A DNA stretch of 64,000 nt from Clostridiaceae bacterium (GTDB lineage: Bacteria; Bacillota; Clostridia; Acetivibrionales; DTU013): the NCBI GenBank assembly GCA_039679375.1, contig JBDKVA010000076.1, forward strand, positions 2,139 to 66,138, given 5' to 3'. Below, in pieces: positions 45,475 through 56,900 of the stretch. The notes under the pieces are model-generated. The model did not search any database. It was not told the DNA's origin and saw only the letters and a program-made list of their open reading frames with translations. Made by a program: the position numbers and the translations under genes. Position 1 is the stretch's first letter. Each line of letters opens with the position of its first letter.

Positions 45475-48400
45475 ATGGGAAATGGTGAGGTGATGCATTT
45501 GTCGACGATCAATTTTTTATCACGTCTGAGAGAATTGGGCGTTAAGCTCCGGCTGGAAAACGGCGCACTCAGATATCAGGCTCCAAAGGGCGCTGTTTCC
45601 TCTGAGTTGCTCGGTGAAATCGCAGATAGAAAGAACGAACTGATTACTTTTTTAAAACAGATAAATATGGGGATGAATGCCGATAAGGAGCCTATACCCA
45701 GGATCCCCGGCGATTGCAGGAATGATTTGCCGCTTTCGTTTTCGCAGCAATCCATGTGGTTTTTTGACAGGCTGACCGGTGGCAATCCGGTGTTCAATAT
45801 TTGCAACGCAGTACGGATGCGCGGCAGCCTGAAGAAGGATATGCTTGAAAAAGCGTTGAGTGAACTTGCAGCCCGGCACGAATCCTTGAGGACGACCTTT
45901 AAAAGCGTGGAAGGAAAACCTGTGCAGGTGATCCATGCGGCTTCCGGAATCGTGCTTCCGGAAATTGATCTGAGGTCCGTCCCTGAAAATGAATTGGAAA
46001 ATTATTTGTCGCTTGCCGTAAAAGAAGAGGCAAGACGTATTTTTAACCTTGAAAAAGGCCCATTGTACCGGTTTTGCCTTTTCATAACGGGTGGAAGCGA
46101 ATATGTGCTTTGTATGACGATACACCACATTATTTCGGATGCTTGGTCGAATGCAATTTTTACAGCGGAATTATTCAAGCTTTATGAGTCTTATATCAAG
46201 GGTGTAAATGCAAACCTGCCTGAGCTGCAGGTACAATATGCAGACTATGCCATGTGGGAAAGAGAAAGGCTTAAGGGGGAAGAGCTGGAAAACCTGTCGG
46301 GTTATTGGAGAAAACAGCTTGCAAATGCTGCAACATTGCAGCTTCCCACCGATTTTCCAAGGCCCAGGAGCCAGAATTATGAAGGGGGCTTTCAGGAATT
46401 CACCGTACCTTCCTGCATATGCGAAAGGTTAAAAGCGATCTGTAAAAAGGAAGGCACAACAATGTTTATGATCATCCTTTCTGCATTTCAGACGCTTCTG
46501 CAACGCTATTCGGGACAGACAGACATACTGACCGGAACGGTGGTTGCAAACCGGAACAGGAAGGAAGCTGAGAACCTCGTCGGTTATTTTATGAATACTC
46601 TTGTGCTGCGCACGAGCTTTGAAGGCGACCTCTCCTTTATTGACGTATTGCGCCGGGTGAAGCAAATGACGCTGGATGCCTATACATACCAGGAATTGCC
46701 TTTCGATAAGCTGCTTGAGGAGCTGAAGCCGGAAAGGGACGTCAGCAGGACACCTTTGTTTCAGGTGATGTTCATACTGCATAATACACAGAAGACAGAG
46801 CTTGAGCTTCCGGGCCTGAAAATGGACCGGATGGATACGCAAAGCGGAATGGCGCCATTTGACCTGAGGCTTCAGCTGACTGAAACCGATGAAGGTCTTA
46901 AAGGGGGCTTTGACTACAGCGCGGTGCTTTTCAAACCTTCTACCATAAAAAGAACGGGCGATCACCTGCTGAATATTCTTGAGTATGTGTCGGCTGCGCC
47001 GGAAGGGAAGATCTCGACTGTTCCCATGCTGACGGAGCGTGAAGAGAAGCAGATACGATATGAATTCAATAACACCGATGCATATTATCCGAAGGAGAAG
47101 ACGGTATACCAATTCTTCGAGGAACAGGCAGACCGGGTTCCCGATTATACTGCGGCGGTGTTTGGGGATAAAATGATATCCTACAGGGAGCTGAATGAAA
47201 AGTCCAATCAACTCGCGAGGATCCTGCGTGAAAAGGGTGTGAAGCAGGGAAGCATTGCTGCTGTTATGCTGGAGCGCTCCCTGGAGATGATCATAGGGAT
47301 TATGGCCGCGGAAAAGGCCGGAGGGGCTTATTTGCCTATCGACCCGCACTACCCCGAAGACAGGATAAATTATATGCTTAAGGACAGCAACGCAGCGCTT
47401 CTTTTATTGAATGAACGTTCAAGTATGGTAAAAACGGAAGGTAATATCCATAAAATTTTATTGGATGATGAAGGCCTATATCAGGGCGACTGCTCAAATC
47501 TGCCGGATAAAGCCGACCCCGACAGCATCGCCTACCTGATCTATACCTCCGGTTCCACCGGCAGGCCGAAGGGGACGATGATCAGGCATCATTCACTTGT
47601 AAACCGGTTGAACTGGATGCAGAAGAAGTACCCTATAGACTGCAGCGATACTATTCTGCAAAAAACCCCCTTTACATTTGATGTTTCGGTATGGGAGATG
47701 TTCTGGTGGGCCATGCAGGGAGCCAAGGTCTGCTTCCTGGAGCCAGGAGGTGAGAAGGATCCCGGAAGGATCGCAAATGCTGTTGAAGAACATGCAATCA
47801 CTGTCATGCATTTTGTTCCTTCCATGCTGACTGCATTTCTCGAATATTTAAAGGATACGGGCAACATTGAAAAAGTAGCCTGCCTGAAACAGGTCTTTTC
47901 CAGCGGCGAAGCATTGTCGGCAACGCAGGTCGGCCTTTTCAGGAGCCTCCTTAAAAAGAACGGCGCCAGATTGGCAAATTTGTATGGTCCGACTGAAGCA
48001 ACGATAGATGTTTCGTACTTTGACTGCGACATGGAAGACGACCCGGCAAGCATACCAATTGGCAAGCCGGTCGATAATACCAGACTGTACGTCATGGACG
48101 GCAAAATGCAATTGCAGCCGATCGGCGTACCTGGAGAATTATGCATTGCAGGCGTATGCCTGGCAAGCGGGTACCTGAACCGTCCGGATCTGACCGGGGA
48201 GAAGTTTGTCAGAGATCCGTTTCACCGTGAGGAAAAATTATACCGTACAGGCGACCTTGCCAGGTGGAGGGATGACGGCAACATCGAATACCTTGGCAGG
48301 CTGGACTTCCAGGTAAAAATACGAGGGCTGAGGATCGAACCTGGCGAAATTGAAAAAGTTATCCTCTCGCATCCCTCCGTCAGGGAATGCATTGTTTCCG

Positions 48401-48942
48401 TATGGGAAAAAAGGCCGGGAGATTTGCACCTGGTTGCATATATAGTGTGTGAAAAAGAGAAAAATGCGGAGCCTTCGGAGCTTCAGAGCTTTCTGGAGAA
48501 AACGCTGCCAGAGTACATGGTCCCGAGGATTTTTGTTTTTCTGGAAGCCATACCTCTTTCGGCAAATGGAAAGGCGGACAGGAAAGCGCTGCCCAAACCC
48601 GTATTGGAGAAGAAAGAGGATTATGTGGCTCCGCGCAATGATGTGGAAAACCTGATTGCAAATATCTGGAAGGAAGAACTTGGACTTGACGGCATAGGTA
48701 TAAACGAGAACTTTTTTGAGGCGGGAGGGCATTCTCTTCTTCTGGCACGCGTTCATAGCCGTTTAAACAAGCATTTTGGAAAAGAGTTCCCCCTTGTAGA
48801 CCTGTTTACACATTCTACGATCCGCTCACTTGCCGGTTATATAACGGGTGACAGCGCCGGACCCGCGTTTTTGAAAAATGTGGAGAGGTTGCAAAAACAA
48901 AAGGAAGCCAGGCTTTTGAGGAGAGAAATGCACAGGAGATGA
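45475..48942 (+). CDS. NRPS module, 1155 aa: TubC-type N-terminal docking domain - C - A(Ser) - T
   Basis: Docking 'INFLSRLRELGVKLRLENGALRYQAPKGAVSSELLGEIADRKNELITFLK'. C 'HHIISDAWS' (46123-). A 'YTSGSTGRPKG'. T 'GGHSL' (Ser 48733-35). The start codon choice (45475 vs 45493) is uncertain. Confidence 0.9.
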   Translation: MGNGEVMHLSTINFLSRLRELGVKLRLENGALRYQAPKGAVSSELLGEIADRKNELITFLKQINMGMNADKEPIPRIPGDCRNDLPLSFSQQSMWFFDRLTGGNPVFNICNAVRMRGSLKKDMLEKALSELAARHESLRTTFKSVEGKPVQVIHAASGIVLPEIDLRSVPENELENYLSLAVKEEARRIFNLEKGPLYRFCLFITGGSEYVLCMTIHHIISDAWSNAIFTAELFKLYESYIKGVNANLPELQVQYADYAMWERERLKGEELENLSGYWRKQLANAATLQLPTDFPRPRSQNYEGGFQEFTVPSCICERLKAICKKEGTTMFMIILSAFQTLLQRYSGQTDILTGTVVANRNRKEAENLVGYFMNTLVLRTSFEGDLSFIDVLRRVKQMTLDAYTYQELPFDKLLEELKPERDVSRTPLFQVMFILHNTQKTELELPGLKMDRMDTQSGMAPFDLRLQLTETDEGLKGGFDYSAVLFKPSTIKRTGDHLLNILEYVSAAPEGKISTVPMLTEREEKQIRYEFNNTDAYYPKEKTVYQFFEEQADRVPDYTAAVFGDKMISYRELNEKSNQLARILREKGVKQGSIAAVMLERSLEMIIGIMAAEKAGGAYLPIDPHYPEDRINYMLKDSNAALLLLNERSSMVKTEGNIHKILLDDEGLYQGDCSNLPDKADPDSIAYLIYTSGSTGRPKGTMIRHHSLVNRLNWMQKKYPIDCSDTILQKTPFTFDVSVWEMFWWAMQGAKVCFLEPGGEKDPGRIANAVEEHAITVMHFVPSMLTAFLEYLKDTGNIEKVACLKQVFSSGEALSATQVGLFRSLLKKNGARLANLYGPTEATIDVSYFDCDMEDDPASIPIGKPVDNTRLYVMDGKMQLQPIGVPGELCIAGVCLASGYLNRPDLTGEKFVRDPFHREEKLYRTGDLARWRDDGNIEYLGRLDFQVKIRGLRIEPGEIEKVILSHPSVRECIVSVWEKRPGDLHLVAYIVCEKEKNAEPSELQSFLEKTLPEYMVPRIFVFLEAIPLSANGKADRKALPKPVLEKKEDYVAPRNDVENLIANIWKEELGLDGIGINENFFEAGGHSLLLARVHSRLNKHFGKEFPLVDLFTHSTIRSLAGYITGDSAGPAFLKNVERLQKQKEARLLRREMHRR

Positions 48943-51900
48943 TGTCGATGGATGGTTTATATGCAAAGGAAGCACTGGACGGTGTTGCCGTAATAGGTAT
49001 GGCAGGACGTTTTCCGGGCGCCCGGAATGTGCATGAGTTTTGGGAAAATATCAAGAACGGTGTGGAATCCGTCACATATTTTACTAAAGAAGAGGCTCTG
49101 GCATGCGGAGCGGATGAACAGCTCGTCAATGATCCGGATTATGTATTCGCAGGCGGCATAGTGGATAATATCGAAATGTTTGACGCCGGCTTTTTCGGCT
49201 TTAATCCGAGAGAGGCTGAGAATATGGATCCGCAGCAAAGACTCTTTCTGGAGTGCTGTTATGAAGCCCTGGAGGATGCGGGCTATGCCCGCAATGATTA
49301 TGAGTACCCGGTAGGCGTATACGCAGGAAGCAACATGAGCTATTACTTTTTGTATCACCTTATGAATAAAATCGGCGTAAAGGACGATCTGGCGATAGCT
49401 GTCGGAAATGACAAGGATTATCTGGCAACGCGGGCGTCGTATGAGTTCAACCTGAAGGGGCCCGGTGTTAACGTACAGACAGCCTGTTCCACATCAGCGA
49501 CTGCTGTAGCGATGGCATTTGAAGGCTTGCTGAACTATCACTGCGACATGGCTCTTGCAGGAGGTTCGGGGCTTAAGCTTCCGCAAAAGCTCGGGTACCT
49601 GTATCAAACCGGATTTATAGGCTCTCCCGACGGCCATACAAGGCCGTTTGACGAAAAAGCATGCGGCACTGTCTTTACAAGCGCCGCGGGGGTCATATTG
49701 CTGAAGCGCCTTGAGGATGCGGTGAGGGACGGCGACCATGTTTACGCGGTCATAAAGGGTATGGCCGTAAATAATGACGGTTCCGATAAAGTAGGTTTTA
49801 CGGCGCCAAGCAGGGAAGGGCAGGCAGAGGTGATCGCGGCGGCTCAAAATCTGGCCGGTGTAAATCCTGAGGATATAGGCTATATTGAAACCCATGGTAC
49901 GGGAACATCCCTGGGGGATCCTATTGAAATATCGGCGCTTACGAATGTTTTCGGGCAAAGTACCCGAAAGAAATCCTTTTGCGCCATCGGCTCGGTGAAA
50001 GGCAATATAGGACATGCCATATCGGGAGCGGGCATTTCCGGAATCATCAAAACCGTATTGGCACTGAAAAACAGGCAGTTGCCTCCTAATATCCATTTTG
50101 AAGTTCCAAATTCAAAAATCGATTTTGAGAATAGCCCCTTCTATGTAAACACACGGCTGTGTGACTGGAAAAGTGAAGGAAAGCCAAGGATTGCGGGAGT
50201 AAGCTCTTTTGGCTTCGGAGGGACGAATGTCCATATGGTGATTGAGGAAGCGCCTAAAGCAGAATCGCTGCCTGAAACTGGATCACTGCCTGACAAAAAA
50301 CGATGGAGGCTGATGACGATCTCCGCAAGGACGCCCGGCGCGCTGGAGAATATGGAGAAAAACCTCGCTGCATATTTCAGGAACAACCCGGGAATCCATT
50401 TTGGAGACGCGGTATACACGCTTAATGTCGGAAGAAGGGAGTTTGAATACCGGCGTGCGATCGTATGCTCCGGCCTGGAAGAGGCGGCAGATCTTCTTGA
50501 AATGGGCAATGGCAAAGGGCTTAATGACTTTTCCGGCGTCGCGCAAAGCGGAGAGATTGATAATAACTGCGCCAGCGGGATCATTAAGTCGGGTGATACG
50601 GATACAAAGGTAACACTGATAGGGCTTGCAAAGCTTTGGGTGAACGGTGCGCCGATCGATTGGCAGTCCTTCTATGAAAATGAAAGGAGAAGGCGCATTC
50701 CGCTGCCCACCTATCCCTTCGAAAGGAAACGGTACTGGGTGGAGCAATACAATATAAAAGGCAAATCTTCCGAAAGCGGCAAGACGGCCAATACAAGTGC
50801 ACGTGCAGATTTCAGCGATTGGGCTTATTTTCCGTCCTGGAAAAGGGCCGTATCCATATCGCCTGACAGTAAAAGGCTTGTCAGCGGCGATACCTGGTTG
50901 TTATTTACCGATGAAACAGGTCTGGGAGATAAAATAAAGATCTATTTGGAGAATAAGGGCATTGAGGTAATGGAGGTCTCAAAAGGGGGCACATTTGGTA
51001 AAATCAATGAAATGTCATACCGGATCCATGCTCCGGATAAGCAGGATTATAACCTTTTGATAAAGGATATCATGGATTCGGGAAGAAAGCCCAGGGTCAT
51101 ACTACATTTATGGGGTGTAACCGGGAGTCCTGAATGTACTTCCAGGGTTGAATTGCCGGAATACTGCCTGAAAAACGGATTTTACAGTATCCTGTATCTT
51201 GCACAGGCACTTGGTGTAAATGGGCCGGAGGATAAAATCAGAATTGCGGCTATTACGGATAATATGCATTACATATCAGGCGAAAGAGAGCCGCAGCCGG
51301 AAAAATCAACAGTCATAGGTCCGTGTAAAGTGATACCGAGAGAGTATACGGGCATTTCATGCCAGAGCATCGACATCATCTTGCCTGAATCAGGAAGCTC
51401 GACAGAGAAGAAGCTGATTGAAGCAATAATTTCGGAAGTCACTGCAAAGGCGCCTGAATTCATAGTAGCTCTTCGGGACGGGCACAGATGGCTGCAGGCT
51501 TATGAAAGCTTCAGATTGGAAGAAGTTGAGGGCGCAAGCATGGCCAGGGACGGGGGCACCTATCTCATAACGGGCGGCCTTGGCGGTCTGGGACTGGCTA
51601 TTGCCAGGTACATGTCAAAAAAAGCAAGGATTAATTTAATTCTGACAAGAAGGTCGGCTTTCCCTGAAAGGGAGAAGTGGATGGATTGGCTTGCAGCGCA
51701 TGGCGAAAGTGATAAAACCTCAATTAAAATAAAGCAACTGATGGAAGTGGAAAAGAACGGATCCCGGGTGATGATCGCCAATATCAACGCCTCGGACCGG
51801 GAGCGGATGAAGCAGTGCGTATCTCAGGCAGAATCGGTATTCGGAGCGGTCAACGGTGTGATACATGCTGCAGGCATAGCGGACAACGGGCTTATCGCAG

Positions 51901-52670
51901 GCAAAAAAACGGAAACGGCTGCAAAAGTCCTGGAGCCAAAAGTGAAAGGCACACTGGTGCTTGATGAAATATTCAGGGACCGGGACCTGGATTACTTTGT
52001 TTTGTTCTCCTCAAGCAGTGCGGTTCTGGGAAATGCAGGTTTCATTGATTATTGCGCCGCAAATTCATTTCTTGATGCTTACGCACAATTTAAAAGCAGC
52101 AGCGCAAAGAATTATACCGTGGCAATCAATTGGGATGAGTGGGATGAAGTGGGCATGGCCGCCGAAAACAAGACAATTGACCGTGTGCGAAGCAAGGTAA
52201 CTTTAAAGGAGGGTCTGGTACTGTTGGAAAGGATCGTCACAGCAAAGCCTTCTCCACAGGTTATTGTGTCTCCGGGTGATTTTATCGGAATGCTTAAAAA
52301 TATCAATGACTTCATGCTGGCTTCAATTGAAGGCACTGTATTTAAAGAGAAAAGCCTGCAGACCGAAAACAACAGGCCTGACCTGCGGACAGCTTATAAA
52401 GCGCCCTGCGGCAAGACAGAAGAGTGTATTGCCGAAATCTGGCAGGAGCTTCTGGGGATCTGTCCGGTTGGCATTAATGATGACTTTTTTGATCTGGGCG
52501 GAGATTCCCTTCTTGCTACGACGCTGGTTTCGGAACTCGCGAAAAAATTCCATAAAACCGTTACACTGCAGAACCTTTTTGAAAGGTCTACGGTTGCGCA
52601 ATTGGCAGAAATTTTCAAGCCGGAGGATGAAACCGGAACAGAGGATAATTATGAGGAAGGACAGCTTTAA
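48939..52670 (+). CDS. trans-AT PKS module, 1243 aa: KS-[linker]-KR-ACP
   Basis: 4-nt overlap (ATGA) with the upstream gene. KS 'TACSTS' (Cys 49485-87), 'ETHGTGT', 'NIGHA'. 'YPFERKRYW'. KR 'GGLGGLG' (~51575) and 'YCAANSF'. ACP 'GGDSL' (Ser 52506-08). Acidic C-terminal tail 'EDETGTEDNYEEGQL'. Confidence 0.9.
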   Translation: MMSMDGLYAKEALDGVAVIGMAGRFPGARNVHEFWENIKNGVESVTYFTKEEALACGADEQLVNDPDYVFAGGIVDNIEMFDAGFFGFNPREAENMDPQQRLFLECCYEALEDAGYARNDYEYPVGVYAGSNMSYYFLYHLMNKIGVKDDLAIAVGNDKDYLATRASYEFNLKGPGVNVQTACSTSATAVAMAFEGLLNYHCDMALAGGSGLKLPQKLGYLYQTGFIGSPDGHTRPFDEKACGTVFTSAAGVILLKRLEDAVRDGDHVYAVIKGMAVNNDGSDKVGFTAPSREGQAEVIAAAQNLAGVNPEDIGYIETHGTGTSLGDPIEISALTNVFGQSTRKKSFCAIGSVKGNIGHAISGAGISGIIKTVLALKNRQLPPNIHFEVPNSKIDFENSPFYVNTRLCDWKSEGKPRIAGVSSFGFGGTNVHMVIEEAPKAESLPETGSLPDKKRWRLMTISARTPGALENMEKNLAAYFRNNPGIHFGDAVYTLNVGRREFEYRRAIVCSGLEEAADLLEMGNGKGLNDFSGVAQSGEIDNNCASGIIKSGDTDTKVTLIGLAKLWVNGAPIDWQSFYENERRRRIPLPTYPFERKRYWVEQYNIKGKSSESGKTANTSARADFSDWAYFPSWKRAVSISPDSKRLVSGDTWLLFTDETGLGDKIKIYLENKGIEVMEVSKGGTFGKINEMSYRIHAPDKQDYNLLIKDIMDSGRKPRVILHLWGVTGSPECTSRVELPEYCLKNGFYSILYLAQALGVNGPEDKIRIAAITDNMHYISGEREPQPEKSTVIGPCKVIPREYTGISCQSIDIILPESGSSTEKKLIEAIISEVTAKAPEFIVALRDGHRWLQAYESFRLEEVEGASMARDGGTYLITGGLGGLGLAIARYMSKKARINLILTRRSAFPEREKWMDWLAAHGESDKTSIKIKQLMEVEKNGSRVMIANINASDRERMKQCVSQAESVFGAVNGVIHAAGIADNGLIAGKKTETAAKVLEPKVKGTLVLDEIFRDRDLDYFVLFSSSSAVLGNAGFIDYCAANSFLDAYAQFKSSSAKNYTVAINWDEWDEVGMAAENKTIDRVRSKVTLKEGLVLLERIVTAKPSPQVIVSPGDFIGMLKNINDFMLASIEGTVFKEKSLQTENNRPDLRTAYKAPCGKTEECIAEIWQELLGICPVGINDDFFDLGGDSLLATTLVSELAKKFHKTVTLQNLFERSTVAQLAEIFKPEDETGTEDNYEEGQL

Positions 52671-52699
52671 TAATAAATTAACACAAGTTTACGGGAGGT

Positions 52700-53965
52700 T
52701 TGTTTATGAAAAGGGTAGTTCTGATTTTTCCAGGCCAGGGCTCACAATATGTGGGAATGGCAAAAAGCCTTTGCGGGTCATTCAGGGAAGCAAAGGAAGC
52801 ATTTCAAGAGGCGGGCGATACGCTGGGCTTTGATATCGAAAAGCTTTGCAATGAAGGCAGTATGGAGGAACTGACACGGACGGAAAACACCCAGCCTGCT
52901 GTTTTAACGGCAAGCGTGGCAGCTTACAGAGTATATATGAAGGAAATAGGCATTGAGCCGGTGTATGCTGCAGGGCACAGTTTAGGTGAAATTTCAGCTC
53001 TATGCTGCGCAGGAGGCATACGATTTGCCGATGCGGTCAGCATAGTAAGGCAACGCGGGATATTTATGCAGGAGGCCGTTCCCGCCGGGGTTGGAGGTAT
53101 GGCGGCCATAAGCGGCGCAGGTCAGGATGCCATTGAGGCGGAATGCAGAAAAGCATCTGTTAATGGGAAGCTGGCAGCGATCTCAAACTATAATTCTCCG
53201 GAGCAGATTGTTATTTCAGGGAATATCGAAGCGGTAAACGAAGCCGCTGACAGGCTGAAAGCAGCAGGCGCCAGAGTAATCCCGCTGAAGGTGAGCGCGC
53301 CGTTCCATACGCCGCTTATGAGGCCGGCGGCGGACAAACTTGGGAAAGTACTGGAGCAATACAGCTATGGAGAGCTGCGGTATAAAGTAATATCAAATGT
53401 AACGGCACAGCCATATCCGGGTAGGGAAAGCATCATTGAATACCTGACCGGGCAAATGATCCGGCCTGTCAGATGGCAATCTTCCATGGAGTTTGTCTGG
53501 AAGCATGGAGTGGATTTGGCTGTTGAACTTGGACCGCAGACTGTTCTGAAAAATCTGATGAAGAAAAATGTTCCGGAACTGATGACTTGTTCTATTGGCC
53601 AGGAGCCTGACATACAAGCTTTAAAAAGTCAACTGGCTTTAAGCGGGCAGGAAGCAGGCAACGGCATTGATTTTATTACACGGTGCATCGCGATTGCGGT
53701 GTGCACTAAAAACAGCAATTGGGACGAACAGGAATATCAGAGGGGCGTTGTAGAGCCATACAGGGAAGTAAAAAGCATGAAGGAAAAAATCATGAAAGAG
53801 GGCAGGAATCCTTCTCCGGAGGAAATCAAAAAATCGCTCGACATGCTGAAGAGCGTGTTTATTACTAAGAAATCACCTGTAGAGGAGCAGGCGGAAAGAT
53901 TTAATGAATTATTCGAAAAGACAGGCACAAGGCATCTGTTTCCGGACTTTAAAATGCCTTTATAA
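52700..53965 (+). CDS. Discrete (trans-acting) malonyl-CoA:ACP acyltransferase with a ~110-aa C-terminal extension; likely start ATG 52706
   Basis: 'FPGQGSQYVGM', 'GHSLGE', 'SAPFHT'. GGGAGG lies 7 nt before ATG 52706; the track start at 52700 is a TTG. Confidence 0.9.
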   Translation: MFMKRVVLIFPGQGSQYVGMAKSLCGSFREAKEAFQEAGDTLGFDIEKLCNEGSMEELTRTENTQPAVLTASVAAYRVYMKEIGIEPVYAAGHSLGEISALCCAGGIRFADAVSIVRQRGIFMQEAVPAGVGGMAAISGAGQDAIEAECRKASVNGKLAAISNYNSPEQIVISGNIEAVNEAADRLKAAGARVIPLKVSAPFHTPLMRPAADKLGKVLEQYSYGELRYKVISNVTAQPYPGRESIIEYLTGQMIRPVRWQSSMEFVWKHGVDLAVELGPQTVLKNLMKKNVPELMTCSIGQEPDIQALKSQLALSGQEAGNGIDFITRCIAIAVCTKNSNWDEQEYQRGVVEPYREVKSMKEKIMKEGRNPSPEEIKKSLDMLKSVFITKKSPVEEQAERFNELFEKTGTRHLFPDFKMPL

Positions 53966-53982
53966 AAACTGTGCCTTAACTT

Positions 53983-56900
53983 TTGCAGCCGCAGTATTCA
54001 GGGGGAAGCCATATGTTTGGAAATCAAGAGGTTAAACCTGTGGAACAGTCTATTGATGAATTTGTAGCCGGGCTGGAAGATAAAAAAATTAAATTATGGG
54101 CAGAAGGTGATTCACTTCGGTATAAAGCACCGGCAGGAGTAATAACAAAAGAGGTGTTAAAAAGCCTGAGTGACAAAAAGGCTGCAATATTGGACTACTT
54201 AAAGTATAAAGACGCCGGCGGGATCTTTTCTATTCCGATCAGCAAGGCGGGAGAAAAGGAATGCTACCCTTTGTCTGCCGCCCAGATGAGGATGTTTTTG
54301 CTCAATCGGCTTGATGACAGCAGTACCGCTTACAACCTGACGCAGGTCCTTAAAATAAAGGGAGAGATTGATAAGGAACGTCTTCATGCAGTTTTAAGAC
54401 AGCTTGCAGCCAGACATGAAGCCCTCAGGACCTCTTTTGAAATGGCGGATGGGAGGCCTGTACAGAGGATACATGATGATGTGGATTTTGAAGTGGATTA
54501 TCAGGAGGCTGATGCTGCAGATGAGAATATTGCAGGAATAATAAAGGACTTTATAAAACCGTATGACCTGTCAAAAGCGCCTTTGTTCAGGTTTAAGCTG
54601 GTAAAGCTTATTGGTACCGACGGTAAGCCGTCATACATCCTGATCCAGGATATGCATCATATTATATCCGATGGTGTTTCAGAAGGTTTATTGGTCCGGG
54701 AGGTAAATGGATTATTTTCAGGAAAACGCTTGCCTGATCAGAGGATACAATACAAGGATTATGCAGAGTGGCACGAAAAGCTCTTAAAAAGCAGCGGGAT
54801 TCAACGTCAGAAGCAGTACTGGCTTGAAAGGCTGAAGCCCGAAATCCCTCTGCTCAATTTGCCGACTGATCACGCCAGGCCGCCTATATTCAGCTTTGAG
54901 GGGAGCTCTTTAAAATTCCGTATTGGAAGAGGCATGGTTTGCAAGCTGCATAACCTTGCGCGTGAAAACAGGGTGACGCTATTTACTCTGCTGCTTGCGG
55001 CATATGCCATTTTGCTTGAGCGTTATACCGGCCAGGATGATATCATGATCGGGACGCCTGTTGCGGGAAGAAGACATGCCGATATTCTCAATACCATCGG
55101 CGTTTTTATCAATACGCTGGCACTGAGGATTTCATACGCACCTGAAAGCAGTTTTGCAGAATTCCTGAAAAGTCTTGGACAGGATGTTTTGCAGGCCTTC
55201 GACAATCAGGATTATCCTTTTGCAAATCTTGTTGATGATATTGTTGTAAAGCGGGATATGAGCAGGAATCCGGTTTTTGATACCATGTTTATACTGCAGA
55301 ATATGGATGTTGACGAAATCAAGGTCGAAGGTCTGGAGATATCCGGCTATGAATTTGATAAGGGTATGGCGCAGTTCGATATTACACTTATAGCAACTGA
55401 GATAAAAGATGAAATAGAAATCGAATTGAATTATTGCACGAGCCTGTTCTCAGAGGACACCATCCGCAGATTCGGCGCGCACTATATCAACATATTGGCT
55501 TATATGTCGGAGCACCCCGAAGTAAGGCTCCGGGAAATTGATATGTTATCGGATGCGGAGAAGCATCAGCTTTTATATGAGTTTAACAACACGACTGTTC
55601 CTTATCCTAAAGAAAAATTGGTCCACAGTCTTTTCGAAGAACAGGTCAGGAGGACGCCCGGAAATGTGGCGCTTGTATTAAGAGACAGACAGGTTACTTA
55701 TAAGAAATTGAACGATATGGCAAATTGCATAGCAAACAAATTACGTGAAAAAGGTGCTGACAGAAATAGCATTGTAGGGATACTGGCAAACCGTTCGTTT
55801 GAAATGCTGGCAGGCATAATTGGCATACTGAAGTCAGGCGGCGCATATTTGCCGATCGATCCCGGATATCCTGAGGACAGGATCAATTATATGATAGAAG
55901 ACAGCGAGACCCGTGTATTGCTGACGATGAGCCATTTAAAGTGCAAGATCGGATTTGACGGAGAAACCGTTTTTCTTGATGAGCTGGATTACGCCGATTC
56001 TCCGGCAGTTGACCCGGAAATCATAAACAGACCGGAAGATCTTGCGTATATGATCTATACGTCGGGTTCTACAGGAAAGCCTAAAGCAGTTATGATAAGC
56101 CACCGGGCGCTGAATAATTTTATCAGGGGCATGACGGATAAAATTGAGTTCAGGCAGGAGAAGTCCATCCTGGCACTAACAACGGTTTGCTTTGATATAT
56201 TTGCACTGGAGACACACCTGCCGTTAACATGCGGAATGAAAGTCGTTATTGCGGATGAGAATCAGCAGATGGATTCAAAACTTCTTTATGATCTTATTAC
56301 CGAGCATAATATTGATATGCTTCAGATGACGCCTTCCAGGATGAAGCTGCTTTTAAGCAATAAAAACAGTGCAAATTGTTTAAACAAGGTAACCGATATC
56401 ATCGTCGGGGGAGAGATGCTGTCCGACAACCTGCTCAAGGAGATAAGCAGCATAACGAAGGCCAGGATATTCAATGCCTACGGGCCTACGGAAACGACTG
56501 TGTGGTCCGCATTAAAAGAATTGTCGGGATCAGAACAGGTCAATATAGGAAGACCGATAGCAAATACGCAGATATATATATTGGGCAGCACAAACAGGCT
56601 GCAGCCGGTCAATGTAACCGGCGAGCTGTGCATAGGAGGAGATGGCCTTGCCAGGGGGTATTGGAAAAGAGAAGATCTGACAAAAGAAAAATTTATCACC
56701 AACCCCCATACGAACAGCCGAATTTATAAGACCGGCGACCTGGCGTGCTGGACGGCGGATGGAGAGCTGAAGCTAGCGGGCAGGATGGATCATCAGGTAA
56801 AAATAAGAGGCTACAGGGTGGAGCTTGAGGAAATCGAAAAACAGCTGATGGGTTATACCGGCATGGAGGATTGTGTCGTAACTGCCCGTGAGGACAGCTT

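Noticed and set aside
46429-47349. 306-aa minus-strand ORF. Many similar 60-240-aa antisense or out-of-frame ORFs lie inside the megasynthase genes, e.g. 36623-37201, 39776-40486, 47589-48146, 49494-50096.
   Set aside because: They lie entirely within long plus-strand ORFs whose translations show continuous, ordered PKS/NRPS domain motifs. They have no RBS and low-complexity or Arg/Ser/Pro-rich translations typical of antisense frames.
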